Shown here in pieces: positions 58,652 to 64,000 of a DNA stretch of 64,000 nt. Source of the DNA: an uncultured bacterium. GTDB lineage: Bacteria > UBA8481. Within the stretch, counting starts at the first letter, position 1; each line of letters starts with the position of its first letter. The notes beneath the pieces were generated by a model. The model was not told where the DNA came from. It worked only from the letters and a program-made list of their open reading frames with translations, and did not search any database. The translations under genes and the position numbers were made by a program. The stretch is taken from NCBI GenBank assembly GCA_964499705.1, contig CAZCME010000002.1, positions 372,001 to 436,000 of the forward strand, in the 5' to 3' direction.

Positions 58652-60385
58652 CTAGGAGGAATGCTTCGCGACGAGTTCCTTCAGCTGTTCAGCGAGCTGC
58701 GAGTTGCCGATCATGTCCCCGAGCGTGATGGAACCGGATTTTTCCTGGTCGTTCATGTACGTCTTCACGGAATGAGCTTCCTCTTCCTTCATCAGGTCGC
58801 GGATGGAGAGCAGCACGCGCGCGCCTTTGCGCTCGAGCTTCGTGACTTTCGCTCGGACTTTCTGTCCGACCGTAACCACCTCCTCGGGCCGATGAATCTT
58901 CTCGCGCGAGAGATCGGAAAGCGGGATGAAACCTTCGAGCTTGTCGTCGAGCTGCACGATGGCGCCCTCCGGCGTCAGTCGCGTGATTTCCGTCTCGATG
59001 ATCTTGTTCTTCTGATACATCCTCGCGACTTCGTTCCAAGGATCCTGCAGCGTCTGCTTCAGGCCGAGGCTAATCTTCTTCTCTTCCGCGTCGATCCGGA
59101 GAACGATCACTTCGACTTCGTCGCCGGGCTTCAGGATCGTCTGCGGATCCGGCGGATTCTCGTCCCACGTCAGGTCGGTGCGGTGAATCATGCCCTCGAT
59201 GCCCGACGGCAGCTTGAAGAAGGCGCCGAAGTTCGTGACACCGGTAATAACGCCTTTGACGCGGGCTCCGGGAGGAAATTCGTCGAAGACCTGCGACCAG
59301 GGATCCGGAGCAGCCTGCTTGATGGAGAGCGAGATCTTCCGCTTCTCGGCGCTGACCGCGAGAACCTTCGCGAGGGTCTTCGCTCCGAGTTCGAGGACCT
59401 GCGACGGATGCTTGACGTGATTCGTCCAGGACAATTCGGAGATATGCGCGAGCCCGTCGATGCCGGGCTTGATCTCGATGAAGGCTCCGAAGTTCGTGAA
59501 GGACTTGACCGTGCCTTCGATGAGCGAGCCGGCCTTGCAGGCCTCCGCGATCGAATCCCAGGGGTCGCCCTGAGCCTGTTTCAGGCCGAGCCGGATCTTG
59601 GCGGGCTCGACGTTCGGATCGAACTCCAGGACCTTGACGTTGACGACATCTCCCTTTTTCACGATGGTGCCGGCTTCCTTCACGAAGCCGCTCCAGGAGA
59701 GATCTCCGAGCGTGATGAGACCGTCGATGCCTCCGATGTCGACGAAGACGCCGAACGTCGTGATGTTTTTAACGGTACCTTCGATGATGTTGCCGACGCT
59801 GATCTTCGAAAGCGTCTCGACGCGGACCTTGTCGCGTTCGCCTTCCAGCAGGGTCTTGCGGGAGAGGACGATGTTCTTGCGGCGACGGTCCATTTCCTTG
59901 ATCTCGAACATGAGCGTTTCGCCCTGGACATCTTCGAGAGTGGCGCGGCGCTTCAGAGTGGCTTGTGACTTCGGAAGAAAGCATGTGTAAGGAAGGCCTA
60001 TATCGACCTTGAACCCGCCCTTGATCTCACCGACAACTTTTCCCTCGATGAGTTCCTGGTTCTTGAAGGCGTTCTGGACCCTGGTCCAGCGCTCGTCCTG
60101 GGCCGCCCGCTGCCGGGAAAGGCGCGTCGTGCCCTCTTCCGTCTCCAGCGAGAGCACCTTCACCTCGATCGTGTCGCCGACGCTGACTGTTTCCCCCAAC
60201 GCCTCGAACTCGCTCTTCTTGATCCGCCCCTCGCACTTCAATCCCACATCGACGATCACATCCTCATCGGTGAGTTGAATCACGATCCCGGAGACGACGT
60301 CGCCCGGTTCTACCGCCGGACCCTTCTCGTCTGCCGCCATGAACGAAGCCTTGAAATCCACATCAGCGCCTGCACGCTCTGCCAT
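58652..60385 (-). CDS. rpsA: 30S ribosomal protein S1
   Basis: Six S1 repeats (FGVFVDIGGIDGL, FGAFIEI..GIDGLAHISELSW, LGLKQ..DPW); GAAGGA SD. Confidence 0.97.
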   Translation of the reverse strand: MAERAGADVDFKASFMAADEKGPAVEPGDVVSGIVIQLTDEDVIVDVGLKCEGRIKKSEFEALGETVSVGDTIEVKVLSLETEEGTTRLSRQRAAQDERWTRVQNAFKNQELIEGKVVGEIKGGFKVDIGLPYTCFLPKSQATLKRRATLEDVQGETLMFEIKEMDRRRKNIVLSRKTLLEGERDKVRVETLSKISVGNIIEGTVKNITTFGVFVDIGGIDGLITLGDLSWSGFVKEAGTIVKKGDVVNVKVLEFDPNVEPAKIRLGLKQAQGDPWDSIAEACKAGSLIEGTVKSFTNFGAFIEIKPGIDGLAHISELSWTNHVKHPSQVLELGAKTLAKVLAVSAEKRKISLSIKQAAPDPWSQVFDEFPPGARVKGVITGVTNFGAFFKLPSGIEGMIHRTDLTWDENPPDPQTILKPGDEVEVIVLRIDAEEKKISLGLKQTLQDPWNEVARMYQKNKIIETEITRLTPEGAIVQLDDKLEGFIPLSDLSREKIHRPEEVVTVGQKVRAKVTKLERKGARVLLSIRDLMKEEEAHSVKTYMNDQEKSGSITLGDMIGNSQLAEQLKELVAKHSS

Positions 60386-60590
60386 ATGCCACAATCCTTC
60401 TGCCCGCTCCGGCCCCCATGGCCGCAGCGCTAGCCTGAAATAGCGTTCCTCATTTTAGGGGGAATCGCGAAACATATAGTGTATACGGGGAGACGCGGGA
60501 CGCAAGTTAAGAATTGGATTCCGGGGGATAATTTGGAATCCATTTCACATTCCACATTTTTGATTTACATCGAGAATGTGAAATCGGCAA

Positions 60591-61013
60591 TTATCTCTTC
60601 GAGATTTCTTCTATCTCCTCGAAACTGAAGAGCTTTCCCTTGTTCATTCCCGGGCAGAATAATGCCTCTTCCGCCCACTTCTCCGGGGATTTGATGAGCT
60701 CCGGCCAGAACGGATAGGTTCTGCACTGCGTGGGCCGCACGGGATAGACGGAACATCCATTCCGCCAGAGCGGGCAGCCGGAGTGATCGGGCGCGCCGTC
60801 TTCGAGATAACTTCCGTTGACGCGATCGTGGTGGACATGACGACGGCGGAATTCGGAGTGCGGCATCTGGAGATGCTCCGCCATCTTCTCCGAATCGGAG
60901 GCCCTGCCGCTACCGCCCGGATCGAGCGCGACGATTCCCTCCCGGAGACAGCACTTGTGGCAGTCGGGCTGGCATTCGAACCGGAGCCCGTTCCCGTACC
61001 AGGCGTCGGTCAA
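60591..61013 (-). CDS. YkgJ family cysteine-cluster protein
   Basis: WY..GLRFECQPDCHKCC, CP....GCSVYPVRPTQCRTYPFW, CPG; TTG start overlaps the upstream TGA. Confidence 0.9.
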   Translation of the reverse strand: MTDAWYGNGLRFECQPDCHKCCLREGIVALDPGGSGRASDSEKMAEHLQMPHSEFRRRHVHHDRVNGSYLEDGAPDHSGCPLWRNGCSVYPVRPTQCRTYPFWPELIKSPEKWAEEALFCPGMNKGKLFSFEEIEEISKR

Positions 61014-61717
61014 CGTGTGCGGGGTCGCGGAGCGTCGATGCGGAGCTGCGGCTCCGGAGCGGGCGCGCGTTCGACGGGCGCTTCCTCGATCGGGACTTCC
61101 ATCGCGACGGGTTCGCGCGCCATGACGCGCATCCGGATTTCGCGGCCGCCCTTGATCTGCCATTCGCCTGGACGCTTCTCGACCCAGACGCCTTCAGGCA
61201 GGAGCTGATATCGCGAAAACGCGAAGACGCGCTGGATCGCGATCTCGTCCGTCTCGGGAACTTTTTTCCCCTCGAGAAATGCCTTGAGGATGATGGAGCG
61301 GTCCTTGTTCTCGGTGTCGAGGAGCGTGCGTTCGTAGGCCGTCAGCTCGCCGAGCCCGACGCGCGGAACGATCCGGCCGGAAGCCGCTTCGCCGGCGGCG
61401 CCCTTGGAGAGCAGTCCGAAGATCTCGCCGAAACGCGATTTCCGCGCGAGAATCGCGCTCCCCAGGGTGGGCGTGATGGAGATTTCGGTGAGCGTGAACG
61501 GTTTGTATTCCATGCCGCCATCCTGGAACGGAATGCCTTCGTAAAGAACATACTCGCCCGAATAGGGACGGGGCTGCTGCGACTCGAGCGCGGCTTCTCC
61601 CATCACGATCTTCTCCACCTTCAGGCATTGCGGGAGAACATTGTACGGATCGGGCGCGCACGCGGCGGCCATCGCGGAGATCACCACGATCCATGTTGCC
61701 ATTCGCTTGATTTTCAA
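61010..61717 (-). CDS. Lipoprotein with a YdbL/DUF1318-like domain
   Basis: AGGAGG SD before TTG; lipobox AAA-C; ENKDR...FA...G.WV...G.W pattern. Confidence 0.7.
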   Translation of the reverse strand: MKIKRMATWIVVISAMAAACAPDPYNVLPQCLKVEKIVMGEAALESQQPRPYSGEYVLYEGIPFQDGGMEYKPFTLTEISITPTLGSAILARKSRFGEIFGLLSKGAAGEAASGRIVPRVGLGELTAYERTLLDTENKDRSIILKAFLEGKKVPETDEIAIQRVFAFSRYQLLPEGVWVEKRPGEWQIKGGREIRMRVMAREPVAMEVPIEEAPVERAPAPEPQLRIDAPRPRTR

Positions 61718-61722
61718 AACGC

Positions 61723-62103
61723 TCACCTCCTTCGTATGCCTCCACCCTGGAAGCTCTTCAACTTGTACTGCAGCATCTTCGCGGGAATCTGCGGCTGGAG
61801 CTGGTCGAACTTCACCGCGACTTCGACGCCGGTGGGCGTGTCGAACGTCCGCACCACGGTGCCGATGCCCCTGAACTGGATCGCATCGACGGCGATCACG
61901 GTGCTCGCCCCTTCCCGCGGCCTGTCGTACTCGTTCTTCAGGCGGCATCCTCCCGCGGATATATCCATGAGGCCGCACGACGTCGGCGGCCCGTTGTCAA
62001 AGCAGGCGATCGCGCGGAGCACCACGTATTCGCGGTGATGCTGACGGTCCGCCTTCCCTTTTCGCTCCGGCGGCGTATTGGCTCCTGCTCCTAGGTCGGT
62101 CAT
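61723..62103 (-). CDS. Stand-alone PilZ domain protein
   Basis: RQHHR (RxxxR) and DISAGG (DxSxxG) c-di-GMP-binding motifs. Confidence 0.85.
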   Translation of the reverse strand: MTDLGAGANTPPERKGKADRQHHREYVVLRAIACFDNGPPTSCGLMDISAGGCRLKNEYDRPREGASTVIAVDAIQFRGIGTVVRTFDTPTGVEVAVKFDQLQPQIPAKMLQYKLKSFQGGGIRRR

Positions 62104-62105
62104 GT

Positions 62106-63503
62106 TCAGCGATAATCCCCCAGAGAATAGCCGCAGAACGGCCGGAGGCAATATCCTTTCTGCTGGTGGCTGATGCAATTGTGGTCGAGGTGCTGATCCA
62201 GACCCGTCCAGATCTGGCCGGCGAAGAGACGGATGTAGAAATCGGCGCGCGTCGTGGCGTCGTATTTCTGCCAGCCCCCTTCCCAACCGTAAGGACGCTC
62301 GAACTTGGACCGGACCAGGCCCGCGATGTGCTTCGGGTGCCAGCCGATGCCCATCAGGGTGCGGGTGAGCGCCTGGAGATTGGTGGGCTTCAGGAGATGC
62401 GGATTCGGCTGCTGCAGGGCGAAGGCCACGCAGGGAGGAATCGTGCGGAGATCGAACTTATCGTAGGTGCGGGGCCACACGTTCCAGGGATCGTGCTCGG
62501 TGGAATCGAAGTAGCGGTGAAATTCGAAGAGCCTGCTCTTGCGGTATTCGTCGATGAGGTTCAGGAATCCGGCGTTGGCGCTCGGGATCTTCATCGGCCC
62601 GCTCGCGGCCGCCCATTCTGATGTCAGCTGAAAGTGCCGGCGCATCTCCAGCCGGTCCTTCAGGGACAGTTCACCCGTCGGAATACAGGTCTGCACGGGA
62701 ATGTTCCGGGCGATCTCATCGCCGACCTTGTGTCGCATCACCTTGTGTTTCTGATGCGTGGAAAATGCGGTGCGGACATCGCGCATGTGGATGGGATCTC
62801 CGTACATGGAGAGGTCCACGGAGATCGCTTCGCGGCCCCGCTTGGAACGGCCTACGGCCACATCCGTCGTGACGATGGGAATGGAGGACTGGCTGCACGC
62901 GTCGCGGATCGCGTCCTGGGAGAGGAATTCCATCAGACGCCCCATCGCGTCGAAGGACTGGCCGTGCGATCGGGAGACGGGGCGCGACCTGCGGCCCTTG
63001 GGATGAGCGTATTTTCCCGCGACCGAGTCGTTGACGCGCCCGAGAGAAATCAGCTCCGCGTCCGCTGCGGAATTGCGGACCACGCGAGTCGTGAAGTGGT
63101 ATCCTTGGCCCGTCATGATCTCCACGAAGGGGATCTCATACCGCTGGAAGGCGCTCTTCAGCGCATACCGGATCGGCTCGATGAGCTCAAAGCAGCGCCC
63201 CGGATTGAGATACGTTTCACCGCCGAAATCCATGTTGAAGTATTCGATGTCGATGATGCCAAGTGTGGATGCGCGGTCCCAGTTGGAGCGGAAGATATCG
63301 AGCCCCTTGTCGAGAATCCAGTGGAAGTCGGATTTGCTGACGGACTCGTATTCGGAAGGTTTGCCGTCCCAGACGAGCGATTCGCCGTAACCGACGAGGT
63401 ATTCCGCCGTGAATTGGTCCGGCTGGTCCGCTGTCCCGCCGCAATATTCGGCGATGCGGTTCCGGACGTCGCTGTTCTGGTAGTATTCCACCTGGTTTAA
63501 CAC
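62106..63503 (-). CDS. Putative fused archaeo-eukaryotic primase (PriS-like + PriL-like Fe-S) protein
   Basis: IIDIE, MTGQGYHF, ISVD...R.AFS.H; C-terminal IPPC...HNC......GYC....C. GTG start inferred. The ORF is clearly coding; the function is an inference. Confidence 0.6.
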   Translation of the reverse strand: MLNQVEYYQNSDVRNRIAEYCGGTADQPDQFTAEYLVGYGESLVWDGKPSEYESVSKSDFHWILDKGLDIFRSNWDRASTLGIIDIEYFNMDFGGETYLNPGRCFELIEPIRYALKSAFQRYEIPFVEIMTGQGYHFTTRVVRNSAADAELISLGRVNDSVAGKYAHPKGRRSRPVSRSHGQSFDAMGRLMEFLSQDAIRDACSQSSIPIVTTDVAVGRSKRGREAISVDLSMYGDPIHMRDVRTAFSTHQKHKVMRHKVGDEIARNIPVQTCIPTGELSLKDRLEMRRHFQLTSEWAAASGPMKIPSANAGFLNLIDEYRKSRLFEFHRYFDSTEHDPWNVWPRTYDKFDLRTIPPCVAFALQQPNPHLLKPTNLQALTRTLMGIGWHPKHIAGLVRSKFERPYGWEGGWQKYDATTRADFYIRLFAGQIWTGLDQHLDHNCISHQQKGYCLRPFCGYSLGDYR

Positions 63504-63600
63504 GTGTTCAGTTTCATCCTTGCGCCATGGAGCGTCAAGCGAATTGGAGCGAAACGGAGGGACGAATGGAATACGCTGAGAGGAAATGTCCGCTGAAGTG

Positions 63601-64000
63601 ATGAATGTTCTCGATGATTTTTTCAAGGCGAGGCGCGACGTTCCGTGTCGCCTGGCATTTTCCGGTGGAACCGACAGCACGATGCTCGCCCTTGCCGCGG
63701 GCACTTCATGCAGATTGTTCGTCCTGGCGACCGATCGGGGCGGCCGCGATCTCGCGGGATGCAGACGCACCGCGGAACTGATGGGGCTCGCCTGTGACGC
63801 GGTTGTCGTGACGCTTCCGGACATCATCGTCCTGATCGAGTCGCATCGCGAAATCCTTTCTGGATTGCAGGATTACACGCAGAGAATCCTCGCGGTCTGC
63901 GAGCTGTTCCTCTGCCGCGAGGCGTTTCGGACTGGAAGTAAGCTGGTGGCAGGACATGGCCCGGAGGCGATCTTCGGAGGATTCCGCCGCCGCGCGGCAC
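63601..64000 (+). CDS. Asparagine-synthetase-like (PP-loop adenylating) domain protein, 3'-truncated
   Basis: Not in the ORF track. Translates MNVLDDFFKARRDVPCRLAFSGGTDS...LVAGHGPEAIFGGF. An in-frame ATG also lies at 63586. Confidence 0.75.
   Translation, partial: MNVLDDFFKARRDVPCRLAFSGGTDSTMLALAAGTSCRLFVLATDRGGRDLAGCRRTAELMGLACDAVVVTLPDIIVLIESHREILSGLQDYTQRILAVCELFLCREAFRTGSKLVAGHGPEAIFGGFRRRAA

Noticed and set aside
63566-64000. Lasso-peptide precursor plus cyclase
   Set aside because: The peptide is only 11 aa, lacks leader/core features, and no B protein is visible.

Overview
A GC-rich bacterial chromosomal segment, mostly housekeeping. It carries gltB (5'-truncated)-gltD; a REC-RsbW-like kinase; an orphan minimal flagellin; a CBS-korA-korB-CBS operon; a miaB-slt-SPOR-yajQ-rimO-pgsA-pgpA run; rpsO-pnp-uppP-trpE-trpG; a small AT-richer accessory patch (MORN/YwqK-like, GYF-like, pilin, EEP); PBP1A; rmuC; an OmpA-domain protein; a complete chemosensory cluster (MCP-cheW-cheR-cheA/REC-cheB-cheW-cheY); and rpsA-TPR-scpB-rluB-pheA. 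I saw no rRNA, tRNA, CRISPR array or transposase. The most unusual items are: (1) a probable single-chain archaeo-eukaryotic primase (PriS-like motifs plus a PriL-like 4-Cys tail) heading an operon with a PilZ protein; (2) an exported lipoprotein built from two tandem SpoVG-like nucleic-acid-binding domains; (3) a CheR carrying two STAS-like domains; (4) two families of short non-autonomous palindromic elements, one copy of which appears to split the A|TG start codon of cheW; (5) a repeated leaderless-promoter signature and genes whose conserved N-termini lack a canonical start codon. All family calls come from motif recognition by eye; no database searches were run.
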